A stretch of DNA of 62,000 bases from Octopus vulgaris (taxonomy: Eukaryota), in NCBI GenBank assembly GCA_951406725.2, contig OX597821.1:102196001-102258000 (forward strand), given 5' to 3'. Below are positions 42,501 to 54,339 of the stretch, piece by piece. Position numbers and translations under genes: made by a program. The notes under the pieces were generated by a model. It was not told the DNA's origin. It saw only the letters and a program-made list of their open reading frames with translations, and did not search any database. Numbering within the stretch: the first letter of the stretch is position 1; every line of letters starts with the position of its first letter.

Positions 42501-45500
42501 TGTACATTTAAACAATCAAGGAAAGGTAACTCCTGCTATAATATGTCAAAATATCATGGGAAGAGTGTGAAAAATTAATATAACCTTTTAACTTTACATA
42601 CAATAGCAACATCGGTTGTTAAGCAATGTTGGAGGTACAAACACAGATATAATCACACATAAATATATATATATATGTGTGTGTGGAGGCGCAATGGCCT
42701 AGTGGTTAGGGCAGCGGACTCGCGGTTTCGATTCCCAGACCGGGTGTTGTGAGTGTTTATTGAGTGAAAACACCTACAAGCTCCTAGAGGCTCCGGCAGG
42801 GGGTGGTGATCCCTGCTGTACTCTTTCTTCTGTTGGCCTGCTCGCTTAGCCAGCGGGGTGGCGTCATTCAAAGGCTAAAACAATGCGAATGCATTGTGAC
42901 CAGCGATGTGTAACTACATCTGATGGACTGGTCGGTCACGTCACGTGATATATATATACGACGGGTTTCTTTCAGTTTCCGTCTACCAAATCCACTCACA
43001 AGGCTTTGGTTGGGCCCGAGGTTATAGTAGAAGACACTTGGCCAAAGTGCCATGCAGTGGGATTGAACCCAGAACCACACAGCCTATACACATAGGGTCA
43101 AAAACAAGAATATGTTGAGCAAATTCCATGCCAATCACTCATGTGGCTTTTGTTTTAATTTTGTTAAGGATATCTGCCTGTGGAGTAGCAGTACTATCTC
43201 AGATGGAGGGGGGGGGTTGTTCCATTGTGAGGAACACTTGAGCTCTGTATAAGGAATGGTATTGTAAGAATTAAGTTTTACAGTCTTACTTTAACGATGA
43301 CATCCATTTGTTTGGGATTTCTGAGAGCAGTGGCAACAGAGATCTTTATTATTGATTCGATATCCAACAAAGCATACTGGGAAATTTTGTAAGGAATCTG
43401 AAAGGATAAACACACAAAAGAGTCAAAACAGTACCAGAGAAAAATAGTCGTCTCCTTTGTCAAAAAAAAAAGAGAAAAAATCCCCCCAAAACCTGCACAT
43501 AAAAACTGAGCACTATCCATGTTTGGGAGCCAGTCAGGTGGCACTGGCATCAGCCACAACTACAATTTCCATTTTGATTTCAATTTGATTGAGATTCTGA
43601 TTGTGATTTTTGATTTTGATTTTACTTGACTCAATAGGTCTCCTCAAGCAAGGTGTGTCACCTGACGATTCAAAGGCACTTTTTAAATGGGCTGGTTATG
43701 CAACACTGGTATAGGCTACGGCTGTGATCTCACTTTACTTGCTGGGTCTTCTCAATCACTGCATATCTCCAGATGTTATGGTCCCGTCATTGCCTCTGTG
43801 AGGCTCAACATTCCACAAATTTTTGAAGAAAGAGAATGAATAGAGACAAACAGCAACTGATGACTGTGTTTAATAATATGACTATTCCAAAATATAACAA
43901 TATGAAACCAGCAACAGTGTATTTACATTAACCCTGGAGCATTCACATTACTCTGTCAAATGTGATCTAATTTATTCACACTGTTTTGAATTGATCATGC
44001 ATTATCTCATAGCTTCAAGATTTCAATAATGTGATTTTCAGGATGATATTATAGAGTAGGTATGAGAGGCTGGATCTGACCAGTTTGAACATAAAATTGG
44101 TAGAATATTTTGGCCAGGAATGGCCAGTAAGGAATGACAAAGAGTTACTATGGGCTATCATAACAGTATGGGTTTCAATACAAATTCAGATCAAAATTCT
44201 TACAAAAAAAATTCAAAAACATAATCTCTAATATACTGAGTAAACTAGGAAGCTTCTGTGTTGTCATTCAATTTGCAAGAAATAACAGTCAAATCTTGTT
44301 CTGCTATCTTAAAGAAACTTTGCTTATGTAATTCTATCCTACTCTGGAAAGAAACAGATTGGATAGTCGCAGTTGGAATGTACTTTTGATTTGCTTCATC
44401 AAAGAGGATCAAGGGTTAATTAACAACATGAATAACAAATATGGGAACATTAGCTATCTAAGGGAAAAGTTCAAGGATTCTTACAAATATCTTTTGCTTT
44501 TAAGAATTATGCAACCAAGCCAGATTAGAAGAGGGTCAAAGTGAATGTAGAAAAATTAGATTGAATAAAAATGCCCGAAAAGAATGCAGGAAAAATGTAT
44601 CAAAATTAAGAAATATAGAAGTTGTAACCTTTATGTCTCTAATTTCAGTAAGTTTATTCAATTCCATTGTGAATGGCTGCCTGAAATTAGACATTCTTCG
44701 CCACCAGGGTCTATTTTCTTCTTGATCTACGGCAAGGTAAGTCTGGCATATGATGTCATCTTGCAGAAATGATGGAAGGGATGCAAAAGCATTCAGCAAC
44801 ACCTTGAAATAAGAAATGGAAAATAACAGAAATACATTGGTTGCCAACACAGAGCCACAAATTTTGAGGAGGGGGAACGATATAACTGATTGTATTGACA
44901 TCGGTACTTGACTGTTACTTTAGTTGATTGACTGCCATCTCAAGGATAACATGAAATATTACAATCATCATTTAATGTCCATTTTCTTATTTCTTTATTG
45001 CCCACAAGGGGCTAAACATAGAGGGGACAAACAAGGACAGACAAAGGGGTTAAGTCGATTAGATCGACCCCGGTGCGTAACTGGTACTTAATTTATCGAC
45101 CTCGAAAGGATGAAAGGCAAAGTTGACCTCGGAGGAATTTGAACTCAGAACATAAAGATGGATGAGATAACGCTAAGCATTTTGCCTGGTGTGCTAACAA
45201 TTCTGACAGCTTGCTGCCTTAATAATAATAATAAATGCCCTGATGCAGTACCAGACAGTAGTTCCCATGGCTTCTGATCTTAACTGATTGGAAGTGATAT
45301 CATGTACATAATTTTATCTTGATACAAACGATGGGCCACAGCAAATATTCTGCTCAATACCACAGATTTGCTAGTCAGTTGTTTGACCGTAACTAGTTGA
45401 GCATGTCCCTTATTGGCTGACAATGTGTACATCTCTGATCATGAGCAGAAGTAGTGGGGGAGCATCATAGCCATGTGTTAAAAAGAATTTTTTGGGGCTT

Positions 45501-46882
45501 GAATAATTCACCTCTGGAAACATGGGTGTTTTGTTCATCATCCTTAAAACAAACCTTATTCAAGGACCTTTTGAGCAGGATGCGCTACTCTCATCATCAT
45601 CATCATCCGCTTTCCATGCTGGCATGAGTTGGACGGTGCAACTGGGGTCTGGGAAGCCAGAAGGCTGCACCAGGCCCAGTCTGACCTGGCAATGTTTCTA
45701 CGGCTGGATGCCCTTCCTAACATCAACCACTCTGTGAGTGTAGTGGGTGCCTTTTGCCACCGGCACGTGCCAGACGAGGTGAAGAAAATTCTAACTGGGC
45801 CCCAACTGCAAGGTCATGCGCTGTTTAATCTGATATGAGATCACCATGTTACGCACATATGGTTGTGATGCATGTGCCTGGCATACCCTTATCAGACGGG
45901 TAGTCATGATGGGTATATTGGGCTTTGTATATTTGTACCCCTTGATGGCATGCACTGCTCTCTCACTCAATAATAAATCTCGATTTTAGCACAAGGTCAA
46001 CAATTTTAAGGGGAGGGGATTAGTTGATATCCTTGACCCCAGGAGGTTAAAAGGCTAAGCTGACCTTGGTAGGATCTGAACTCAGAATATAAAGAGCTGG
46101 AACAAAGCATTTCGCCTAACACTCTAATGATTCCATCAAGTAATAATACATACCTGCAGATACTTCTCTGTGACTGTTCTTTCTTCATTTAGGGAAGCCA
46201 ACCAACATATGCCTTCCCATAAGGACAACAGTTGCTTCTTCTGAGACAGTAAATTTTTGTGTGTATTTATATATTCAAAAAATCTAGGAAATATAAATAT
46301 TAAACAATACAATACTTAGATATTAGGGGTGCCAAAAAGTCATGTCGTATTTTCAAGCAACAATTGAAGAGGGTCTGCATCAAATTATCAGAACTTACCC
46401 TGGGGGCTTAATAAACCTTAATCATCTCAAGCAGATTGAAGAAATGAATAGAGAAAGGAAGTGGGTTGTTCACAAAAATAAAACAGTGCATTCAACAATT
46501 TGCTAATTAGGAATGAATAAACATCTTTTCTTAATCAAATTGTAATAGGTGATGAACACTTCATTTCGTGTTGCCTTAGTGCTACATGGGGACTGGCAGG
46601 TCAAAGAATAGACCCAACGTTTCCATTGCATGCCGTAAAAGGTGACTTAAAGAGGTTGAGATAGGATTTGCACTCAAACCTCGTAAAATCTTCAATAGGC
46701 GCAGGAGTGGCTGTGTGGTAAGTAGCTTGCTTACCAACCACATGGTTCCGGGTTCAGTCCCACTGCATGGCTCCTTGGGCAAGTGTCTTCTACTATAGCT
46801 TCAGGCTGACCAAAGCCTTGTGAATGGATTTGGTAGACAGAAACTGAAAGAAGCCCGTTGTATATATGTATATATGTATGTA

Positions 46883-46971
<89 letters not shown>

Positions 46972-48285
46972 TTGTGTGTCTGTGTTTGTCCCCCACCCAA
47001 CATCGCTTGACAACCGATGCTGGTGTGTTTACATCCCCGTAACTTAGTGGTTCGGCAAAAGAGACCAATAGAATAAGTACTAGGCTTACAAAGTATAAGT
47101 CCTGGGGTTGATTTGCTCGACTAAAGGCGGTGCTCCAGCATGGCTACAGTCAAATGACTGAAACAAGTAAAAGAGCAACTACAACCCAAACAAACTAAAT
47201 TAATTAAAGGGTTGCTGCCTATGAGGTGCAAAGTTATTCTCTGCCAGTAGTAGTAGGGAATCACCAACAAATGGTGGATGCAATGACATGCTGTTCTGGG
47301 CTGGTATCAAAATGGTTAAGTGTTTTTTTCTGTCCTGCTATAGAGTTTTAGCTTCAGCTACACAGAATTAGTAAGAGACACTAATCTACAAATCAATTCT
47401 GAATATAACAAGATGTTACAGTCTGGTCCAATGTTTGAGAAATAATTATGAATTAACAGTGAAGATTTTTAAATGTAGATGTAGTTTAACTGTTCTACTT
47501 TATCTCCGTAAGATAATTCATCATTCAGTTGAGTGCTAGTAGGATAGACTACTATATTTTCCTGCATACAAGTTGAATTTTTCAGGCCAAAATTTACAGC
47601 CACAAAAACTTCAACTTCTAAAATTCCATGTGAAATGCAGCAGGATTTGGATGATGTTTGAATGTTTACAGTACATGCTATGTCAAAAATAAGGTATTCA
47701 TCAACGTCCAACCTAATGAGCTATCCCAATTAAGCCTTCCACTACCATATTACTGATGAATTCCACTGTCTCCATTTCAATAACTTTTAAAAATAATGAA
47801 CAATTTGTTAAAATAACTTTGTCCTTATTAAGTTGGTGTTTGGATCATAATATGAAATTTTGATGGAAGATTTTAGAACTTTAAAACAGGCAGTTTGTAT
47901 CATAAAACCAAGGATGGTCTTTGGTAAATTGCTATGAAAATGGCTAAGTCATAAGATAAACAGATGTTTCATTTTCTAAGATAAACACTAGTCAAATATA
48001 CATCAGATGTTCCATTGCTGAACTATTTGAACTGTGATAGACCCCTCAGTTATTTAATTACAATTCCTTAATTTTTATTTTAAAAAATATTAAAACATAA
48101 ATAATTTACCTCTTGTCTTTCCAATCGTCAATTTTTCTGTTTGCAAACATCTCCAGAAAAACATCTATAAAAATGTTAGGAAGAGATGGAAAAAAAATTA
48201 ATTATTGATCTTATTCAGCTTATTTAAGAATAAGGAGCATTTCTAGAGCAAAAAAAGGAAATTTTTCTAGACATACAAATATGCC

Positions 48286-48327
<42 letters not shown>

Positions 48328-48709
48328 TATAAATATAAAACTGTCCAACCCATGCCAGCATGGAAAGCAGATGTTAAACAATGACGATGATGATATATAT
48401 ATATAAATCCATCCATCCATATGTACATATATATCATTCACATTTACAGAAAACAAAAGACGAAGACAGGTGAAGGAATAACAAGCAGGTGTGTTAGTTC
48501 AATGCTTGGGATGAATGGGAAAAGTCTTTGACATTTCAAGTCTACACTCTTCGACAGAAAGGATTGAGAGGAAAAAAAAAGAGAGAGAATGTAAAAAAAT
48601 GGAGAGAGGAAAAAAATGTGTAGGGGATTAATGGTTCAATATGATGAAATGGCCAGAAGAAAGAGGTTGACTATATATATATATATATATTATTCTGCAT
48701 TTCCCTATC

Positions 48710-48750
<41 letters not shown>

Positions 48751-51700
48751 GTATATATATATATATATACACACACACGTGTATAATGATTGATGATGAT
48801 GACTTCAATTGTGGATTCACAGTGCTACAATAGTTTCATGTAAAAAGAACTTCCTTTTTTCAAGGGATTCTCTTTAAAATGTTTGTAATAACTTTGGTCT
48901 TTATTTGGAACACAACATTACTTTCTTTTACGGAAATTTTCAATTTAGATTTCTTTACAACAGGAACTGTGTGTCACAGAACCCGAGGTGGTCGTCAGCA
49001 AGTCGGTATCTAACCCTAACCCTCACTGCTGTTGGTACCATATGAAAAGCACCCAGCACACTCTGTAGAGTGGTTGGCATAAAGAAAGGCATCTAGCCAT
49101 AGAAACCATGCCACAACAGACAAATGGAGCCTGGAACAGTTCTCCAGCCTTGCCAGCTCCTGTCAAACCGTCCAACCCATGCCAGCATGGAAAACAGACA
49201 TCAAATGATGATGATGATGAAATAAAATGTGTTAATGACTCTACTAGGATTTGAACCCATTTGCCATAGACTAGAGGTCCATCAACTCCACTATTTTATT
49301 TTGAGAGGTTAAATATAAGAAATTAAACATAAAGGTGCCTTACCTGAAGGGTTTCTCTCAACAGACGGGGGATCTAAGTTTAGAAATTGCTTGTTATCAG
49401 AGGATGACAATGAGTGCTTGTTCTGGCCAAAATACTGAGAAATAAACTCAACATGTCTCAAAAGTTCTGGAGATTCTTCCTCCAAAGTGTTTGTACAAAT
49501 AAGTTTTGGAAGAAGAGAATGGAAAACGTCACTACATTTATCAACAGAAAATATGTCAAAATCTTGTAAGGGTTTTGGATTTTCAAGGTCTGCTCTCCAT
49601 TTTAAATACAAATAAATGTTTTCTATGAGCAGTCTGGGATCTGGAGCTGTAGAAATGCAGCTATTAAATTCAAAAAGAGATGGGATTTTCTGAAAGAACT
49701 CATTTACAGAGCTATCCATTTCCATAAGTGATTCTAAATCATTTTCCTTTTGTAAATACTGGGATACATTTTGCGCAACATCAGGATATGCCATCTCTCT
49801 CACTTCTTGTACAGCCATGTCATTCATAAGATCAATAAGCTTGATGTGAATATCATAGTGTGTGCTGCAGAAGGCCACCCAGAGACATGTGAGATGAAAG
49901 AAAAGACCATCAGTCTGAGAAGCATCAGCAATGCCAGGATTTGGTTTAGATTCTGTAGAATGACAAGTGGATAATAACAGTAACTCTTTGAGGCATTGAA
50001 GAATTTCATTTAATAAGTTGGGATTGGCATTCATCACATCGATAAAAGACTTCAGCTTGAGGCTTTGCAGAAAACATGATGTAGCAAACTTTCTTTTGAT
50101 TAAGGGTTGTGAAACATCAAGGATAACTTCTGGGAGACATGTCCTGACAACCATCATTGTAACAGAGGAAAGCAAAGGGATGTCTTTTAATGATTGAGGC
50201 TCCTCCAGACAATACTGTAACATTTTTCTAATAAGACTGTGAACATCAGCTTCATCCAGCAGAATAAGGTTCTGAAATCAGAATATTAATAAATTATTAC
50301 TATTATTGTGAGTGCTACGCTGCTGCCGCCATTGTCATCATCTTCAACTTTGAGATGGCTTCAATGGCTGAATACCCTACCTAATACCAACCACTTTCCA
50401 TTGAGTATTCAATGCTTTTGTTTTCATGCAGCTAGTATTAGCCAGGCCAACAAATAACTTGCAACAGAAGTTGGGCCTTCGTAAGTGTCAACTAAGGAGT
50501 GGGGAAGTGTTTAAGAGGAAGAGGTGGTTTTATACCAGGTGTTGAAAAGTTTAAGTATGATAGAGGGACAAACACAGGTGCCTAGCTATAGAGGAGATAC
50601 ATAGCTACCCAACATTATATAAGGGTGGATGGGAGTAGCTGGAAAGAAAATGGAGATGATGGTGACAAGATGCCAGAGCTTTTTAAGATAAAAATATATG
50701 TGTCTAAGAGACAAGCCCTTTGGCGATATGCTGTGCTTGAGAAGACTCATCAAGCCAAGTGAAATCTTAGTTGTGACCAATGGCAGTGTCATGTAACTGG
50801 CACCCATCACCATCATCATCATCATCGTCATTAAGGCAGTGTGCTGGCAGAATCCTTAGTGCACTGGACAAAATGCTTAGCAGCATTTCTTCCAGTTTTA
50901 CATTCTGACTTCAAATGCTGCCAAGGTTTGCCTTTCATCATTTGGGGGTGGGTGGGTTGGGGGCGGGGGTCAATAAAATAAGTAGCAGTTGCACACTGAG
51001 GTCAATGTAATCAACTAGCTCCCACCCTCCCCAAAATTTCAGGCATTGTGCCAAAATTAGAAAGCATTATTATTATTATCCTTTCCTTTTAATTTTGTTT
51101 CCATTTCTTGCTGAGTGTCTTCCTGACATCTAGGGCAAAGAAACTCATTGTATACATTGATAGGCCATTATAATAAACACAACAGATTGTTCATTTACAA
51201 AATCAGGTGATAGGAAAAAGGGGGAAGAAAGACATAATTATTATCATTGTTATTATTAAGAAAATGGCAAACTAGCAGAATCATCTGTGCACTCGACGAA
51301 ACGCTTAGCAGCATTTCTTCTGGTTTTACATTCTGCTACGGTCGATTTTACCTTTCATCCTTTCAAGGTCAACAAAATAAGTACCAGTTTCACACTGGGG
51401 TTGATGTAATTGACTAGCTCCCTCCCGCCAAATTTCAGGCTTTGTGCTAAAATTAGAAAGCATTATTATCCTTACCCTCATATAATATCCTTCCCAGTTG
51501 CAGCTTGTCACTAATTCAAAGTACACAACAGGAGAAATGTGTGGCAATACTGTCTGAGCAATGGCCAGCAAATCTGTGTCCTTACAGACATTCTCCTCCC
51601 GTAACTGATTCCATAGAGACTCTTCTTCCAGTTGTTTGTGAGCAATTAGTTTCAGGAAGATAACTAAATGTAAAGTGAATCGCCAGTGTTCTTTTGTAAA

Positions 51701-53154
51701 ACCGGAATCGTTGTCTGCCATCAAACCATTGCATACTTCATTGATTGTGTCAACAAGTACAGGACTGAACTGTTGACAGCATTTCTTGGAAAGTGAAGAA
51801 AGATCTTTATTTGATTCTTTAATCTAGAACAGAGAAAAAAATAAGAAAAAATTAGCAACACTTGAAAGTAATTCAGAAATTTTTTACTGCAGAAAATTAT
51901 TTTTATTATTTTAAAAGTGAGAGCTAGCATATTACTCTTATTAATATTATTATTACGCTCCGAGTTCAAATTCCACTGAGGTTGACTTTGCTTTTCATCC
52001 TTTAGAGATCGATAAATTAAGTACCAGTGAAACACTGGGGTCGATGTAATCGTCTAGTCTCCTCCCAGAAAATTTCAGGCCTTGTACTTTTAGTAGAAAG
52101 GATTATTATTTCATTTAAAACCAAATGCCTTGGATGAAAATTCATATAATTCATGTTACAGGTACATTGGCTTTAATGGTCATAGGGAATAGATAAATAG
52201 TACAAGACAGCTGTCTAGTCGTGTTCGTTATCATAACATTTCTGATGAAGAGATTTAACATTTTATTACAGTGACTCAGTTTTCAAGCTAATGTGTATTT
52301 TTTGCGTATATATGTTGGCCAGAGGTATAACTCTCCTTTCATGTACCATGGTGATTATGGACCTCTATGCTCTCCTGTCCCAATCACAACTTAGCAAGTC
52401 TTAGGCCAGTCCTGATGAAAATGTATTTATTTAAAAAAAGAAAAACAGTATAACAAATAACAATAATTGTGTCAGGATTTAAGCAAAATTTTAAGAGGAA
52501 GAGGCTAGTTGATATCATGGACTGAAGTACTTCACTGGTATTTTATTCCATCGACAATGAAAGAATGACAGGCAAAGTTGATCTAGGTGGGATTTGAACT
52601 CAGAACGAAATGAGCCGGAACATATACCACCAAAACATTTCTTCTGACGCTCTACCGATCCAGTCAGTTCCTCATAAGACATTCGTTTTTTTTTTTTTTG
52701 TTTTTTTGTAAAATAAGAATACTGAAAATTATTTTAAAACTAAGTTGTACTTTTGCCGTTTCTATTTCGCATAAACTTAAATCGGGCAAAATTTTGTAAA
52801 CAATTCACACGTGTTGTTCGAGCGGTTAATTTTGTGTAAATAAAGTAATTGTTTGTTTTGTAGACAGATTTATTTAAACTTTAGAAACAAATTCTCCATC
52901 TTCTTCAATATCATATTTCTTTAATCAAATTATATGCTTTTCAACTTTTGATAAAAAATTTTAAAAGTAGTCAAATCTTATGTAAAAACTATGAAGACAA
53001 CCAAAGAGGATAAACGATAACAGCAAGGCAGAAGAAGAAGAGCAAATAACATCAAAATAATGATTTGGGAGAATAAACAAAATCTATACTCAACAAATTT
53101 CTCAAACAATTTAAAAGTGCTTTGCAAAACAGCAAATTCTGGCGAATATTTCAT
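29258..53154 (-). CDS. GEMIN4: Gem-associated protein 4 (Gemin4), 15 coding exons, 1114 aa as reconstructed
   Basis: 15 stop-free exons join with matching phases to 3345 nt. Blocks resemble human GEMIN4 as recalled: VLWLKEEIKSLDWTVKFRLRKLL vs [37 protein letters not shown] vs MIPTINHTILFELL; LALAQLIPNLLSSEC..QLVVPC..FLPVVPFF vs LVALVQVMPWCSPQEW..LHVPY..YIQFVPLL. Length is close to the human ~1058 aa. Confidence 0.85.
30457..30572 (-). CDS. GEMIN4: Gemin4 exon 14 (GLQEYSGLC...LAVIR)
   Basis: ccactattttag acceptor, AGA|GTAAGC donor, 116 nt, phase 1-0. Not in the ORF track. Confidence 0.8.
32645..32777 (-). CDS. GEMIN4: Gemin4 exon 13 (LIPNLLSS...FFDIT)
   Basis: ttttctttttcag acceptor, CAG|GTAAGT donor, 133 nt, phase 0-1. 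Confidence 0.88.
35320..35447 (-). CDS. GEMIN4: Gemin4 exon 12 (DLSQTLNLL...LALAQ)
   Basis: ttttctttgtag acceptor, CAG|GTGAGT donor, 128 nt, phase 1-0. Confidence 0.85.
35653..35710 (-). CDS. GEMIN4: Gemin4 exon 11 (VNQSICCQFLKTQNLLHDC)
   Basis: ttccattctgcag acceptor, GTG|GTATGT donor, 58 nt, phase 0-1; bridges exons 10 and 12. Not in the ORF track. Confidence 0.8.
36697..36791 (-). CDS. GEMIN4: Gemin4 exon 10 (GNIVLWLKEEIKSLDWTVKFRLRKLL..ND)
   Basis: tttttacag acceptor, GAT|GTAAGT donor, 95 nt, phase 1-0; carries the LDWTV motif. Confidence 0.9.
38345..38515. repeat. Near-perfect inverted repeat (hairpin)
   Basis: 38361-38401 vs 38461-38500 are reverse complements, extended by (TA)n; 59-nt loop. 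Confidence 0.9.
38734..39106 (-). CDS. GEMIN4: Gemin4 exon 9 (PFSIGVCQ...YTLVQ)
   Basis: cctcatctccag acceptor, AAG|GTGAGT donor, 373 nt, phase 0-1. Confidence 0.82.
39977..40201 (+). mobile_element. tRNA-derived SINE family B with 11-bp TSD
   Basis: AGGCGGCGAGCTGGCAGAA head, GAGTTCAAATTCC B-box, GACTTTGCCTTTCATCCTTTCGGGGTC central (Deu/Nin-like) domain; TSD AGAACTGTCAA at 39966-39976 and 40202-40212. Confidence 0.88.
40209..40672 (+). repeat. 464-bp segment duplicated at 50344-50807
   Basis: Direct copy; about 14 substitutions and no indel by eye. Confidence 0.92.
40896..41072 (-). CDS. GEMIN4: Gemin4 exon 8 (MLQLLPNS...QQLLT)
   Basis: cctttattttcag acceptor, ACA|GTATGA donor, 177 nt, phase 0-0. 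Confidence 0.85.
41581..41960. repeat. ~67-bp inverted repeat around a ~245-bp spacer
   Basis: tagggttcagctaact.cttc.accacatacc.aaattagaaa.aggagttaaaaatt vs its reverse complement at 41894-41960. Confidence 0.85.
42683..42950 (+). mobile_element. SINE with family D head but a different 3' region
   Basis: Near-identical tRNA-like head to 54899-55312, diverging after GTACTCTTTC. Confidence 0.8.
43290..43397 (-). CDS. GEMIN4: Gemin4 exon 7 (IPYKISQY...DVIVK)
   Basis: tatcctttcag acceptor, AAA|GTAAGA donor, 108 nt, phase 0-0. Confidence 0.85.
44629..44802 (-). CDS. GEMIN4: Gemin4 exon 6 (VLLNAFASL...EIRDIK)
   Basis: cttatttcaag acceptor, AAG|GTTACA donor, 174 nt, phase 0-0. Confidence 0.78.
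44985..45220 (-). mobile_element. SINE family B copy
   Basis: Same family. Others at about 921-1133(-), 6200-6420(+), 7780-7985(+), 26235-26420(-), 29935-30360(-, two), 45975-46140(-), 50830-51075(+), 51260-51470(+), 51955-52110(+), 52480-52670(-). Confidence 0.85.
46154..46283 (-). CDS. GEMIN4: Gemin4 exon 5 (RFFEYINTHKNLL...EKYLQ)
   Basis: tttcctag acceptor, CAG|GTATGT donor, 130 nt, phase 2-0. Not in the ORF track. Confidence 0.82.
46698..47175 (+). mobile_element. tRNA-derived CORE-type SINE (family A), well preserved
   Basis: GGCGCAGGAGTGGCTGTGTGGTAAG head, GGTTCAGTCCC B-box, CCTTGGGCAAGTG core, internal (TG)n, ..GAAACAAGTAAAAGAG tail. Confidence 0.85.
48110..48164 (-). CDS. GEMIN4: Gemin4 exon 4 (DVFLEMFANRKIDDWKDK)
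   Basis: Pyrimidine tract plus tttttatag acceptor, AG|GTAAAT donor, 55 nt, phase 1-2. Not in the ORF track. Confidence 0.8.
49344..50271 (-). CDS. GEMIN4: Gemin4 exon 3 (NLILLDEAD...ERNPS)
   Basis: tgatttcag acceptor, CAG|GTAAGG donor, 928 nt open, phase 0-1; contains the 304-aa ORF. Confidence 0.88.
50344..50807 (+). repeat. Second copy of the 464-bp segment
   Basis: Matches 40209-40672; embedded in CAT-repeat flanks. Confidence 0.92.
51476..51823 (-). CDS. GEMIN4: Gemin4 exon 2 (IKESNKDL...EGYYMR)
   Basis: ttttttctctgttctag acceptor, AGG|GTAAGG donor, 348 nt, phase 0-0. Confidence 0.85.
53095..53154 (-). CDS. GEMIN4: Gemin4 exon 1 (MKYSPEFAVLQSTFKLFEKF)
   Basis: ATG at 53154 with an in-frame upstream stop; resembles human EEMTILHGGFLLAEQLF. 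The phase-0 donor TTT|GTTGAG is weak, so the 3' boundary is uncertain. Confidence 0.6.
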
Positions 53155-53348
53155 ATTTAACTTCGCACAGGAATGAAAATTCTTATCAGAACATTTTTAA
53201 GAGAAGATATTTTAAGGTGACACCGATAAGGGAGACAACTGTGTTACGACTATTTGTCATTCTGGTGATGCGGTTTCGATACTCAGTGGAAATTGCTTTA
53301 CTTTTGCTATCTATACAATGAATGTCACAACTATTCATTAGCCTTTAA

Positions 53349-53735
53349 TATTGGGTACACCCTATTCAAGTGTGCCCCTTCCGACTCCATTTCCTCATAA
53401 CTTTCAGAATAATGGTTATTTAATGAAATTTTCTACAAATACTTTTCAGATGGTGTAGATAACGTTTATATCGGAATTTAATGTGGGGGAAAAAAAGAGT
53501 CTGCGCGCACACAAACATACTGACACACAATCACAATTTTTTCAAAATTTATAGTTTGTATGTGTGCACGCCCGCCTTGCTTTTTCTTTTTTCGCGTTAA
53601 ATTGCGATATGATCGTAATCCACACCATCTGAAAGATATTTGTAGAAAATTTCATTAAAGAACTAATTTTTCTGAAAGTTATGAGGAAATAAAGTTTGTG
53701 GTGAGGAAGTGCACACTTATGTAGGTATGTCTAAT
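53349..53735. mobile_element. MITE or foldback element with long imperfect inverted arms
   Basis: ttcctcataactttcagaa..ttctacaaata..tttcagatggtgt (53392-53457) is the near reverse complement of 53620-53690. Confidence 0.7.
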
Positions 53736-54339
53736 ATTGATCTAAAATTATAAAAACAAAAGCTAGTAACCATACCTACAGGGGTAGCATGAACGGCAAT
53801 ACGTTTTTGTAGAAATAGTGGAACATCGAGAGGGTAACTTTATGGCGTTTGATTCTGTATATGTTCAGAGTTCAAGCTTTACAAAGGGTGACATTTTTTT
53901 CAACCTCTTATTCTTCCTGGGACAATTACTACTACTAATAATAATAAAGCTAAAGTGAAGATCAAATAAATAGTGCGTGTGTTTAATTGGCTAAAGATGA
54001 CCGTCCCCAAGCATAACAAAATGAGTACTATTCACGTATTAATCACCTCACTTCTTCGCTACGAATATTTAGTATTGTTTTAATGTAAACAATTTTCATT
54101 TGAATGGAAATTTTGTTTTCATAATAAAACACATTGTTAGGTTTGTACCACCCCCTTGAGACCCAACTACATTCTACCTAAAAAAAAAAATATAGGTAAT
54201 ATAAATGTCCTAAATTCAGTGGCGGCGTTAATGAAAATGTTACGCTTTAATTTAATGTCTTAAACTTATCTTTATTAATTTGTCTCGAATTATACATAGA
54301 TATATATAACATTTACACAGATATAAGAGTTAGAACTTG

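Noticed and set aside
47469-47711. 80-aa minus-strand ORF as a Gemin4 exon
   Set aside because: No pyrimidine tract or good donor; phase and homology are satisfied by 48110-48164 plus 46154-46283.
47350-47760. C/D-box snoRNA-like ATGATGA and CTGA motifs in Gemin4 intron 4
   Set aside because: Spacing is too long, and I saw no terminal stem or rRNA-complementary guide.
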